A DNA stretch of 64,000 nucleotides from Octopus sinensis (lineage: Eukaryota): the NCBI RefSeq assembly GCF_006345805.1, contig NC_043012.1, forward strand, positions 2,542,001 through 2,606,000, read 5' to 3'. A program made the translations under genes and the position numbers. The notes beneath the pieces are model-generated. The model saw only the letters and a program-made list of their open reading frames with translations. It made no database searches and was not told the origin of the DNA. This document shows, one piece after another, positions 13,182 to 26,624 of the stretch. How positions within the stretch are numbered: the first letter of the stretch is position 1; every line of letters begins with the position of its first letter.

Positions 13182-13360
13182 GTTAGTTAATCCAAACAAG
13201 AAAGCACAAAAAAACACAACGCGAGGACGTGGAACAAATATAGTATTATTGGACGCTCAGGAAAGAAGGAGGGTTTAACGTTTCGAGCGGAGCTCTTCAT
13301 CGGAAACATAGGAGAAGGGAAGACAGAGGAAAAAGAATCGCTAACGGTACACACGAGGTC
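13182..13360 (-). mobile_element. (TA)n-embedded ~180 bp hammerhead-bearing element (Penelope-like pLTR-type), copy 1
   Basis: Flanked by (TA)n on both sides; homologous to 57042-57234. Confidence 0.7.
13273..13307 (-). ncRNA. Minimal type I hammerhead ribozyme motif (CCGAUGA core)
   Basis: GUUU-CCGAUGA-A-GAGC(UCC)GCUC-GAAA-CGU-U-AAAC: 4-bp stems I and II, palindromic ACGU stem III, predicted cut after 13277. Confidence 0.7.
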
Positions 13361-13389
13361 ATATATATATATATATATATATATATTAG

Positions 13390-13760
13390 ATGCAGGCATG
13401 GCTGTGTGGTAAGAAGCTTGCTTCCCAACCACATGGTTCTGAGTTCAGTCCCACTGCACAGCACCTTAGTCAAGTGTCTTCTACTATATCCTTGGGCTGA
13501 TCAAAGCCTTGTGAGTGGATTTGATAGATATAAACTGAAAGAAGCCTGTCGTGTATGTATATATATATATATATACAACTAGTGTTGGTGTGTTTACGTC
13601 TCTGTAATTTAGCAGTTCAGCAAGAGAGACCAATAGAATAAGTACTAGGCTTAAAAAATAAGTCCTGAGGGGTCGATTTGTTTGATATTAAAACTCTTCA
13701 AGGTGGTGCTCCAGCTTGGCTGCAGTCAAAAATTACTGAATCAAGTAAAAGAATAAAAGA
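13390..13760 (+). mobile_element. SINE family A, full length
   Basis: Head and tail present; directly follows the hammerhead element's (TA)n. Confidence 0.85.
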
Positions 13761-13832
13761 ACATCACTCATTTATTACATTCAACCCAAGATAAAAATCG
13801 TAAGACCATATCAACTTTCCCTTAATCTATTC

Positions 13833-14230
13833 AGGAGTGGCTGTGTGGTAAGTAGCTTGTTTACCAACCACATGGTTCCGGATTCAGTCCCACTGCGTGG
13901 CACCTTGGGCAAGTGACTTCTACTACAGCCTTGGGCCGACCAAAGCCTTGTGAGTGGATTTGGTAGACGGAAACTGAAAGAAGCCCGTCTTATATATGTA
14001 TATATATATATGTATGTGTGTGTTTGTGTGTCTGTGTTTGTCCCCCTAGCATTGCTTGAGAACCGATGCTAGTGTGTTTATGTCCCCGTTACTTAGCGGT
14101 TCGGCAAAAGAGACCGATAGAATAAGTACTGGGCTTACAAAAGAATAAGTCCCGGGGGTCGAGTTGCTCGATTAAAGGCGGTGCCCCAGCATGGCTGCAG
14201 TCAAATGACTGAAAAAAGTAAAAGAGTAAA
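13833..14230 (+). mobile_element. SINE family A, full length, tandem with the previous copy
   Basis: Consensus-like head GGAGTGGCTGTGTGGTAAG and tail. Confidence 0.9.
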
Positions 14231-17200
14231 AAAAATGAGTAAAGAGATTTACCACTACTCACTATGTTACTGTGGCTGCTGTATTGGAGCAAACAACTCC
14301 TTACATTCTGCCATGATTTCAGCACTTCTTCTGCATAGTTTCACATGTCATCCTTCACTAATAGCTGTCAGTTATTTAAAACGGAGACTAACAAACTGCC
14401 ACTTAACGTTATATCACAGCCCTAGGCTATGAAATCAACATAGCTAACATTTTTAGCACCCAAATACTTTGACATAACTCAGAAAGTAATTAAATTTAAT
14501 TCCTCTCCACTCTCCTTATTTTGTGTTGATTATTTTTTAAAAACAAATTTATTTTATTTTATTCTAATTTAATTTCTATGATAGACTAATACAAGTTGCA
14601 TATCCTTATCTGCTTTTTTAAAATTTATTTTGAATGTTCTCTTGGAATAAGTAATTTATGACTTATTATTAGTGGAGATTAGGAACAGTTGCCAAGTCTG
14701 TCTTAAGTCACATTGTTCTGTCTTTAAAAATAGGACAAATTGGATGATTTAGTCTTAGACATAATACGTCTGTGAAAAATAGAGAAAAATAAAATAAGTT
14801 AATATAATAACTGGAACTAAACAACAACCCACCTTCATTCATTGAATCCTCAAGTATTACTGGTATTCTGCTAAATTTCTAGACTAAAATTGTACATACA
14901 TGTGTGCTGCGTGTGTATATATCATCGTCATTTAACATGTTTTCCATGCTGAGAGCTGGTAATTTGGGGAGCTGCACCAGGTTTCGGTCTGATTTGGCAT
15001 GGTTTCTAATGCCAACCACTCCAAGAGTGTAGTGGGTGCTTTTTACATGCCACTGGTATGGGTTCCAGTTAAAAACCACCAGCATTGACTTTGATCTCAC
15101 ATGGCTTGACAGGTCTTATCATCATTATTTGATATTCGTTTTCAATGGTTTGACAAGCTGGAGGGCTGCACCTGGTACTAGTCATCTGTTTTGGTATGGT
15201 TTCTATGGCTGGATGCCCTTTCTAATGCCAACTACTTTACAGTGTGTCCTGGGTGGTTTCACATGGTACTGGCACAGGTAGTTTTTACGTAGTACCTGCC
15301 TGAGAGTTTTCTTTACATGGTGCCAGCACAGGTGCTTACTATGTGGCACTGTTGCAGGTGTTTTCTATGTGGCACCATCACAGGTGCTTTGTGTGTGTGT
15401 GTGACTATATGATGTTGTTTAACTCCAGGTCATCTGTGGCAGTGTGATCTATGATTATAGACCACTCCAACCATGACTACACTGTTGTTTCTGGAACAGT
15501 ATAACCTGGACATTATCTCCTGTGTTTTTTTTTTCTTTTTCATATGAAGGTAAGGTGTTGTTTGAGGGAGTATAGCTGCTATTTCTAGGTGGTTGAGTGA
15601 CCATGTAGAAGGTCCCAAATTAACTCAGATTGTGATGATGGTGCTGATGGTTTTGGTGGTAATTATGACATTTGGTAAATAAATAATAAGTATACAATCT
15701 TTACATAAACATTTCTCCATTGTCATGGACAAACTAATGTGAACACATTAGTTTGTCTATTCATGACAAATGTATAGAATATGTAGTCTATAGCAGTATT
15801 TTTCAAGGTGGGGTTGCATGTGTGTGTGTGTGTGTACTTTAGAATGGAATGTAAGTGACTAGTGAGAATAAAGCTTGCACTAAAATTTTTAAGTTAAACT
15901 GGGAGATTGATATTAAGAAGAACATCCAGCCGTAGGAACCTGCAGTTTGCCAAATTCTGTCAAACCAATTAACCCATCCATGTCAGCAGGGAAAACAGAC
16001 ATCAAATGATTATGAAGATGAGATGTGTTACAGGTGAAATAAACATCAGAGATGCTCTGCTCTGTGCAGAACCTGCAGGAGCTACTCAGAGGATTTTGCA
16101 AGCTCTTCTAAATACATTGCAATGCTGGAAAGTAACTTTGTCCATATATGGTGGTGCCCTTTTCTTTTTTTGTTTTCCTTTTGAAAATCTAAGTAGGACA
16201 TGTGAGGAAAACAGGGTTGAGAAAGTCTGGTTTAAAGTCTAAAGTGTATACAATTTAAACAGGAAGATCATAGAAAGAGCCTTAAATTGCAAGAGGTGAC
16301 GGCCACGTGAGATTCAGATCTTGCTTGGGTTGCAGTTGTGGGCTGTGGACAACCGTGTTGATAGCATAAATCCTTTTGATCTTTGAGATTCAGAAAACGT
16401 TTAACTTCTGTGGAGGTTAGAGTTAAATAAAACCATACCTGCAAGGTTCTTAATTTGCAGAACAATATGCTTAACCCTTTAGCAGTTAAACTGGCCATGT
16501 CTGGCCCAGATATCCTACTTGTTTTATGTTCAAACTGGCCAGATCTGGCCTCTCATACTCTACCCCACAGTGTCATTCTAAGAATAAATAGTCACATCAT
16601 TGAAATCTCAAAGCTGTGAGATAATGCATGATTAATTCAAACCAAAGTGAATAAATAAGAATTACTTTTCACAGAATAATCTGATCGCTGGGTGTTTAAG
16701 AATGCCTCTTCCGCACAAGTGAAAATCACTTTGTTCTTAAATTGTCTTTGGTTCCAGGGAAAAGATGTCTTGCTCTAAAAGCTATTTGCTTCAATACGGC
16801 AGGTGGCGGGTGCATGAAACGATAACAGGAGTGAGTATAATATTCATAGTACATTCATGTGAGGAAGAGGAGAGACTGGTTCTTGTGTATGCTGTGCTGC
16901 TGTTAAAACACTCCCATATTATTAGAGAAAATAATTGATCTCACAAACAAAATTACTATTAATATTACTATAATAAAACATGAATTACATGGACCTATAA
17001 TTTATTCTGACCTCTTTTATTTGTTTGTGGATTTCTTTGTACTTTTTTTTTGTTTTTTGGTAATGCTCTTTTATTTATTTATTTATTATTTATTTTTTGT
17101 TTAATACAATAAATACTGACGGTAAGAAAATCTTCTTTGGCAGTTCTCAATTTAGCAGAAGACTTATTAAATATTGATCAGCTTGTTGGCAAATCTTTTC

Positions 17201-17291
17201 CTTCTTTGAGCTATTATTATTTTTTAAATACTACTATTACTACAACTACTACTACTGCTGCTGCTGCACTCACATATATCAGTGGTTGAAT

Positions 17292-17329
<38 letters not shown>

Positions 17330-17594
17330 TTTCTTTCTCTCTCTCTGTTTCTCTCTTTCTCATGTGTACCACTACCTTCCTTAGTTACTTTCTCAGTAGC
17401 CAATGATTTCTCCCTCTTTCTTTTTTTCTCTTTCAAACACACACACACACACACACACACATGTGTGTGTGTTGGCACACAAATATGCACATACATGTAT
17501 CTCTATGCACACATGCACAAATACACGCATTTGGGTGCATATGTAATTCTCAGACAGAATCCACAAGAGACTCTGAGTGTGTACATGTGTGTGA

Positions 17595-17625
<31 letters not shown>

Positions 17626-18001
17626 CATGCTAAGGCTGATACTCTGAGTTACTCTTATAATCCATGTCTCAGACTTCACTTTTTCCTCATGGTGGGATCT
17701 CAATTGCAAAGAAGATTTTTTAAAACCCACTCGGCCATTTGTGTGTGTATGTGTGTGTGTGCATATATGAAAAGTGAATGTAAAACAAGAATCACACACA
17801 CAAACACACACACAAACACACACACACTCATTATCTTTGCGTTAATGGTTATAGCATTTTGCATTCTGGCATGGATTGGGCAAGTTAACACAGTCAGTCA
17901 ACACACACACACACACACAGTCACACACACACATTCTGCATCTGTACACATGTATATGTACATACATGCTTGTGCACTTACATAGCATATGATTGCATGT
18001 A

Positions 18002-18044
<43 letters not shown>

Positions 18045-18482
18045 CATATAATTGCTTTGATTTCTTTCATATCAAATAAAGTGTATCTATAGAATTTGTA
18101 TTCTATTATTAACAACCAATTGTGGCTTGCAGTATTTGTAGTGAGGTTGTAGTAGTAGTAGTAGTAGCAGATGAGAAATGATTTTTTTTTTTTAAGAATA
18201 AAAAAACTGCACACTTCAAAAGCAATGTCATAAAATAAAAGCTAAACAGTTTTATATTCTAGTGTTTGTCTTTGATAGTTCATGTTTTTATGAGATCCCA
18301 GTAAGATAACTGGTATTCAAGTGATAGAAAGAAATGCTGAATTATCTGCACAAAATTCACCTATCTTTTTAAATACTTAAAAAGGGGAAGAAAAAAAATA
18401 TTGCTTTTTCGAAAATTTTCGCAAACTTGTGAATTTGCAGATCTAGTGTACTATTAAAAGTAGGGAAGTAAAATGATTGATT

Positions 18483-18522
<40 letters not shown>

Positions 18523-20292
18523 TGGAGAGGGTGAGAGTAAATATTATGTTGTAGCTTGTTTTAATGATTGTAAGCTGGTAAGGAATGAGTTCAAGTCAGC
18601 TAGAGGTTCTTGTTTAATTGCATTATTGGGCAAAGAAAAAAAAGTAGAGTGGGGCAGTGTTAGATATAATATATGGGAGTTTAACGGTTATAAACTGATA
18701 AGTCGATGGTTTATGGGTGATAGAGGTGCTTGGCATAATTAAATAATTAGGGATGCTACTTAACTTGGGTGGTAAGCTTAATGCTTTGCCTCATTTAACG
18801 CCATTATCTAGATTGTTCCATGGGTGCTTTTAGTAGCTCCTTCTTTGCTTTCCTTTTTTTTTTTTTTTTTCCTACAGCAGACAATGGCTTGCAAATGTTT
18901 GGATTGAACCTCATCTACATCACTTTTTCCAGTCTGGGAGTGTTTAGGAAGGTCACGAGCACTGACTGTACTTTTCTGACTAACTTTAAAAAAGCAACAA
19001 AAAAAAAACAAACAAACAAGCAAAAAAAAAAACCCCAACTTCCCCTCTTTGATTCTGTCTTACTAACAGGAGAATAATCATCATTATCACTTTGGAGAGT
19101 TGAAACAGTTAATTGAACATTAACGGAACTAGCATTGCCAGAATTGTTTGCATTATTCCTCTTTCCGGAATAATTTTTTAAAAATGCTTAATATTAAAGA
19201 GAACATGCAAGATAGTGTCTCAGACAAAATGTTTAGTGGTCTTTCTTCCGGTTCTTTGTGCTCTGAATTCAGATACCACCAAGGACAACTTTGCTTTTCA
19301 TCCCTTCGGGGTTGATAAAATAAAGTAACAGTCAATCACTGGGGTTGATGTAGTTGACTCTACACTCCCTCAAAATTGCAGGCCTTGTGCTAAAATTAGA
19401 AAGAATTATGGAGAAGATATCCAACTTGGAAATGTTTATTCTTGCACACCGTTGTAAAATTACAGAAATTACTTTAAGAATTCTCATGCCTGTTCCCGTG
19501 TCTGTTTAGTTTACTTCTTTTAACTGTATCGTCTGTGGATATCAAATACTACTTTTTTTTTTATCCAGGACATGTGAATTGAAAAGATTATTAAGATTTA
19601 CACCTAGGATTTATGAGTATTATCTACCATGTATACTGTGAACTTGATCCATATTTTAGTACTTGTCTGTGTATTTGATTTCATGAAATATTCTCCATCT
19701 CTCTAGTCTCGCTATTTCCCATGCCGCTGACAAAAGTACATATACTTACTGTAAAACTGTTAAGGAAGGATCAAATAAATTCCTTTGGTAAATGAAAAAT
19801 TTTAATTCCAAAAATAAGAAATATTTTCTCTTTCTGAGATTGCATAGAAGTGTAAGAATGCGAAAATTATATGAAATTATTCAGCTGATTAATTGGTCAC
19901 AGTGGAGTCCTTGGAATTATGGCTTATATATCATTGAATCAAACTCTACCCCTAGTATTTGTAATTAGTGAAGTCCAATCTTCTAGCTGTCTCTGACTAG
20001 TTTCTTAAAATCTGGAATCATTGTCATTGTATTTATTTCTTTCCTGCTGGATACCTTAAGTAAAACTGATTCTAAAAATTAAAATTATTATCATTTATAG
20101 TATTAGATCAAGCTTAATATTTCTAAGCATTTTCTTAATTTTGGCTTCCTTGGTTGTCTCACCTCTGCTTAATTTTCTTTTATAATGCGTATTTTAATTT
20201 CAAAATGTTCCAAACTTGATAGGCATCATTGTTGTAAATTTGATAACCTAGCACCACTTGTAGTCACGGTCAGCACTACCTTAGGGTATTAA

Positions 20293-20516
20293 CCCTTTTG
20301 TTACGATATTTCTGTTGAAATACACTACCTGTGTTTCTATTAATTTTGAAAATGATGAAGAATTTAGTAAAATCTAACAAAATAACTTTGTCATTGTGTA
20401 TGGAACATAAGTGAACATGAAATTTTAGCGGTCTGTTTTAATTTAGATTCCTTATAAACAAAATGGTTTGTATCATACATGCAAGGATGGTTTCAGTCAA
20501 GTTGGTATCAAAAGGG
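20293..20516. mobile_element. TTAA-flanked piggyBac-type MITE, family 1
   Basis: TTAA|CCCTTTTGTTAC ... GTATCAAAAGGG|TTAA. Confidence 0.8.
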
Positions 20517-22044
20517 TTAAAGGAATCCCTTTTTGGGAAAACACCAAACTGAAGGTGCATATCCTAAGACAGCCTCCCAGGTTTCTTCAAGCAACAGACT
20601 ACAAGAAAAAAAAAAAGAGGTAAAATTACCTTTTTGAGTCATACTGACTCCTACGGGCCAGTTTCATGGTGTATATATTCCCTACCTGGACAGGACACCA
20701 GCCCGTCACTGGATTACTCATTTTTTTGCCAGCTGAGTGAACTGGAGAAATGTAAAATTAAGTGTTTTGCTGAAGAACATAATGCATTGCCTGGTTCAGG
20801 AATTGAAACCACAATCTTATGATCATGAGGCCAGCACCCTAACCACTAAGCCATGTGCCTCTATCAGCCACAGGCTATGGTTATAAATCACAAAGAAAAC
20901 TTCTTTGTGCATCTTGCACTCTGAGAGTGGGTGAGATTGTAAACCCTGAGTAGTATTAGTATTCATGTTAAGAACAGCAACCTGAGGTATTATTATTGAT
21001 GAAATACATTGTGTATTTCAGTGCAAGTGTAAGCTGTAGTAGACAAAAGAAGCCTTAAGACAACACTGCTTGAGCTGACCTATTAAGACTCATTATAAAA
21101 TATTGTAGGGAAGTTGTTCAAAGAAAGTTCAAATGCTGTCATGCTGAATATGTTGCCTGCTTGAATAGAAATATCCTCATCTGCTTGTGAAAATAAAGCA
21201 TTTATTTTATCAATGATAGTAGGAAAAATTGACATAAGGTGTTTAAAAAGTAATGAATACATGGAAGAACCACACTGAAAATGTAGGATTTTACTATTAA
21301 ATCCATGTCTTGATTTACAGGGAGGAGTTAGTGTAAACATGACCTTTGTTAATAGTAGGTGGTCTCTGAGTTATTTCTCTGACAGTTTTGAAGTAGAGTT
21401 GATGTGTGTAAAACAGGACTTAATGGATGTAATATTAATGTTCTGGACTCTTGTTAAATGATAGGACAGGAATTAGGCTTGTTTTATAGTGTCATCTTGT
21501 TACTTGACATTCTGTGAAAGTACAACCTAATAGGTTTTATTGAACATAAATGAGGTCATACTACCAACATCTTATCAATGGCTACTCTTGATAGCCAATG
21601 AAACCTCTCATTCTTTACTATTTTATTCATTGACAATATTATTCACTCTTTCACTTGCTACTTTCTTTCTCTCTTTCTCGTCGAGCTCATATTGCAGTCT
21701 ACAATCAAGTCTGATCTGCCTGGCTGCAAGATTAGATTTGCCTTATTTACCATACATTTTTTGTTTTTGTAAGCGTAATGTGCTGGGAAATCGTGCATGA
21801 GACCTTTCCCTGATAACCATCATGTCGTCTGTAATGGCTCATAAATTTGCTTCACTTGGTATTCCTAATTGGGAAACAAGCATCATTCATTTACTAGTTG
21901 ATGAGCTGTAGGAAAGCAACATGCCTTCGACAGCAATATGTAAATATCCATATTTGTTCCCCCACTACCACACACACACACACACACAACCCCCCCCCCA
22001 CAAAACCAAATTTTCAGCCTATCATCATCATCATCATCATCAAT

Positions 22045-22215
22045 ATCTATAAAAGGCAGGATGTGTGTACGTGAATGTACTTTATGCACGTCCACAAATT
22101 AGCGCGCATGCTGCTCCAATTTTAGGTGGGCATGGGTCATGACCATGAGTGTGCTTTTGTCAAATTATTTTTCCCGAGACACCCCCGCATAGCGGTAAAA
22201 ATAGCTTTCCAACGA
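22045..22215 (+). mobile_element. Possible Helitron-like 5' end fragment
   Basis: TCAATATCTATAAAAGGCAGGATGTGTGT start resembles the 46663 element; no 3' end found. Confidence 0.3.
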
Positions 22216-22218
22216 TAA

Positions 22219-22520
22219 CTTCTGCTTATAGCCTTGGGCTGACCAAAGCCCTGTGAGTGGATTTGGTAGATGGAAACGGAAAGAAGCACGTCGTATATAT
22301 GTATATATGTGTGTGTGTGTTTGTGTCTGTGTTTGTCCCCCCAACATCGCTTGACAACCGATGCTGGTGTATTTACGTCCCCGTAACTTAGCGGTTCGGC
22401 AAAAGAGATAGAATAAGAACTAGGCTTACAAAGAATAAGTCCTGGGGTCGATTTGCTCAACTAAAGGTGGTGCTCCAGCATGGCCGCAGTCAAATGACTG
22501 AAACAAGTAAAAGAGTAAAC
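22219..22520 (+). mobile_element. SINE family A, 5'-truncated
   Basis: Starts at ...TATAGCCTTGGGC; tail intact. Confidence 0.85.
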
Positions 22521-22800
22521 CCCGTTCATTCACTGATTACTGTTGGAAGTATTGCTGTTGCTACTACATAGTACTTAAGGGAGCGATAGAATGGGGTTTG
22601 TGGTGTTAATTTTGGCTTCATAAGTTGATAGGTATATGAAGAAAAGCATATTTGATTAAAAGGACAAGCATCAGAAAAAGACCATAATCATTGCTTTTGT
22701 TAGCACACAGCCACAAATTTATTGTGGAGGGCGTTGTAGTTAATTGTATTACTGGTACTTCTTTTAGGGATCCTGAAGGAATGAAAGAGAAAAAAAATGT

Positions 22801-23219
22801 GGATCTTTTCGGTTTGAACGGCAGTTTTTCTAGCGGTGTCATATGAAATTGTCACCCATAATTATGACCCTAATATCGATCTATTGCATTTCAATCTGTT
22901 TTAGGGTTAGGGTTGGTTAGGGGTGGGGAGAAGGGTATCTTTTTTTCTTCACAAATGTAAATAAACGCAATTTGTTTCTTAAACGAGGGGCATATTCATA
23001 CGGCACAGAATGCTTTTTAACTCAGTAGATGTCAGTGATTGGTTGAAATTGCAGAAATTGAAGGAAAAAACAGCAAATATCTTACAAACTATAGAATTTT
23101 CTCAATAAAGCCAAGAGAAAAAGATGTTTTATAAACACATTCTACCATTATACGAAGTTTAAAATTTTTTAGTTTCCTAGAAATTATGTTAAAAACTGCC
23201 GTTCAAACCAAAATGATCC
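22801..23219. mobile_element. MITE with 29-bp TIRs (GGATC...) and 8-bp TSD AAAAATGT; internal TTAGGG repeats
   Basis: Left GGATCTTTTCGGTTTGAACGGCAGTTTTT vs right reverse complement GGATCATTTTGGTTTGAACGGCAGTTTTT; TSD at 22793-22800 and 23220-23227. Confidence 0.9.
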
Positions 23220-23603
23220 AAAAATGTCTTACAACGGCAAGGGAGGTAAGTGAATAACACCAGTGATTCTTATAGAACACTACTGTTTCTGCCATGTGTT
23301 ACAAGGATTACAATATAACGTCGATAGCAAGGCTGGACACAATAACCACAGATGTGTATTCATTATTGCCTGTTTTATTCTTAACTGTTGTGCAACATTC
23401 TCACATAGGATCAATACAAACAGGAATTGATTAGGAAGGACAGTTGTTGAGTAAAAGACAAGTAGTCAGTTCAAGGGTAGACATGATGAATATCCACATA
23501 TTTAAATTTGCAATGTCTTTCTAGCTTGCATTTGAAGGCCTTGTTATGTAAAAGTCAGCATTTAAAGATTTTTGCTAACTGACCATAAAGAAAAGATTTC
23601 AGA

Positions 23604-23827
23604 TTCTTTTATTTTTTGACTCCGGTCATGCTGGAGCACCGTTTTAAAGGGTTTTTAGTTGAAGAAATCAACTTCAGGACTTATTCTTTTTAAGCCTAGT
23701 GCTTATTCTATTGATCTCTTTTGCTGAACTGCTATGCTACAGGGATGTAAACAGACCAGTATCAGTTGTCAAGTGATGGTGAGGGCAAACAGCCACACAC
23801 ACGCACACACATGATGCGCTTCTTTCT

Positions 23828-23860
<33 letters not shown>

Positions 23861-23963
23861 ATGTGTGTATATGATAGGCTTTGGCCGGCCTGTGGTTATA
23901 GGGACTGAACCCAGAATCATGTGACTGAGAAGCAAGCTTCTTACCAAAGCCACACCTACATGC
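23604..23963 (-). mobile_element. SINE family A, internally deleted
   Basis: Tail and head motifs present. Confidence 0.7.
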
Positions 23964-26624
23964 AATAGGTAAATAAATTGCTAAAATCATTTAGAAATAG
24001 GATGAACATCACAAATTCCTGTTTTTTTTGTATACGTTTTACCTGTATAATAAAAGTTAATTTTCTTTGGATTTTATTAGTTTAGCTTAATTTCAATATT
24101 TCACATTACAAACTGTAATTTCATATAACAAAAGGAAATATATCTAAGCTTCTATTTTGGTAATGGCACACGTATATCAAAGTATTGCTTTTTATTTATT
24201 AGTTACTGTGTGCTGGGACACACCCTGCTACATAAGCAGATTAATTAGAAATTGAGCAGTTTTTAATTTCATATGTTTTTAATAGCTTGTGTCTGTCGGG
24301 ATGAGGGAATGTAGGCATGTGTGTTTTAGTCGAGCTGTTTGTAGGCAGATATGAGTGTTTCTGTACAATTAGTTGTGTATAACTTTGTGTAAGTATCTGC
24401 AAAAACAGGAGGGGAAATAGTTGTTAAGGGCTGTTGGTTATCTATGGTTTCAAAATGTTAAACAGTTGAAACAAATCTTCCTTTGTTTTATGAATCGGTC
24501 TATCTTGGGTAACATTCTGTAGAAGATCTTGTCCATGTTGCTAACAGCGAACCAAATTAAGGCATGTAGGTAAAATTAAGTGAATTAACCATATCCACAT
24601 TGAAATACTGCTTTGGATTTGAACTCAAGTTTCATGAGATGGTAGCTGTGTTCCTTATCTATTCAGCTGTATTGCTTCTTATATGTAGTGTTTGTGTCAG
24701 GACTGTTAATTCACAAGACATATTGATTAAATATAATCATTACATTGCATCCTTAATCAAGGCATACAGCAGTTTTGTATATTTTCCTTTGGGGACAACT
24801 TGGCTCTGACATCTTTGCCTCAGGCAAGTTTGGTAGAGCAATTTGTATTCCATTTGGAATATGGTTCCAGATTTAAAATGTTTCTTCACTGTTTAGCATG
24901 TGCCAAAGTAAGTTGAGCCTACTAACTTCAAATACTTTTGAGAAGTTACCCACTGTCAGACAAGCACATGATGAATAAGGATAAAGGATACCATCATGGA
25001 AAACAAATTGTATTCTGGTATAGGTACCCTCCATCTTATGATCCATGTGAAATGACTATCACAGTTGAATAGGTCCAGAAATTGCCTGCACATGACCAGA
25101 TTGCAATGGTCCTCCACATGATGCCATGTGTCACATGTCATCCACTGTGTGGCTAATACTGTTAATTGGAATCTGCTAGGTTGATGAAACAACCCCAAGA
25201 ATGTGGCATACTGGCTATTGCAATATTGAATCCCTTTCTGGAATGGCAACAACAACTAGCAAAATATCAGTGCCGTTCCAACCATAATCATGCTATCAGT
25301 TTTAATGAACTCTAGGACTAAACCATTTGACCTCTCCTTCTCATATTTAAGACACTGGAATATTTGTTTTGCTGTTGACTTTTATCCCCAAATCATCTTT
25401 GATTGAGAGGACCTTTAATCAGATGTTTTAGCTGTGACTTTCCTGTTCTTTGCTTTTTTTCTTTTTTTTTTGGTCTTCAGATTTAATGTATCTTGAACTA
25501 GTTTATCTTATGTTTCCTTCTGCTTTTTGAAGATAATAAGGTGTTGTGTGAAGATCTGACTGTCACTTCTAGTTACTCAAGAAACCATACTGATCAAGAG
25601 TGATAAACATTTTGTCCATAGGCGTAATTTCACCCACTTCATTATTTGAAATGACTTACTGCCAAAGTCTTTAAAAATCAAAATTAAAATGGTTTAACCC
25701 TTAAAACCACAACAGTAATTTAATATAAGTTACAAAACTATGGATTTGTAGAATTAAAGTTATATTATTTTTGCATCAAAGATGCACTCTCACTGGTTCT
25801 TATGCACTTGCAAGTCACTGCTGGTACTAGAAAGTTTCCTAATGGCATCTTGTTTCATCTCTCTCATCATGGTGTTAGTGACAGGGGTGTGTGAAATACC
25901 AGTAAGTTATTGGGTGGGTGATAATTCTACTAATTAAATATGCATGTAGTTTGTATGTGTACATATGTACACACTCTGCACTTAAAATTGAGGGTAGGAC
26001 AGAACTTGTCATGGTAAAAATAAAAATCATTATGAAGCAACAAATTACATCTCATTTATAATAAGATAACAATACCAAAATATTCAAAAATCAAACAACA
26101 AAAAGACAAATGCTATTTATCTTTAGTATTACAGATATCTTCTCCCTTCTCTTCTGTAGGGGTGGTGATAATTATGATGATGATGATGATGATGATGGTG
26201 ATAGTAGGGGTGGTGGGAGACTGAAACATATGGTGTTATTTATGTGGTATGATTAATTACCCTTAACTTTCACATGAGCTCTTTCACCAATCCAAACATC
26301 ATCCTAGCTTAGCAAAACATGGTTAGAACTTAACGCACATTTTGGCATGGCAAACACAGTTATCTGCAATAAATTGTTGTGGCAGTGGTGATTGTGAAGG
26401 TGGGGTTCTCACATGAAACTGGTTGCTGTGCTTATGTTCTGTGTTCTGTTCTGTGGTATTAAAGGGTGTTTTAGGAGAAGTTAACCATGAAATTTATATT
26501 TCTATCCATATTAAGTAAACCAGCTGGCGCAAGATAGCTTTCAAGAAAACTCATTGTCAAGATAATTATGAAGTTAGGAAGAACTATTTTGGAAAGCTTT
26601 GTGGAATTGTTGAGGGTATGTTCT

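Noticed and set aside
21083-21520. Decayed LINE endonuclease (DHLLL...FNSKIL) on the minus strand
   Set aside because: Only faint motif resemblance with in-frame stops; cannot be supported without a search.
24956-25255. 99-aa minus-strand ORF
   Set aside because: No recognisable motif or flanking splice pattern.
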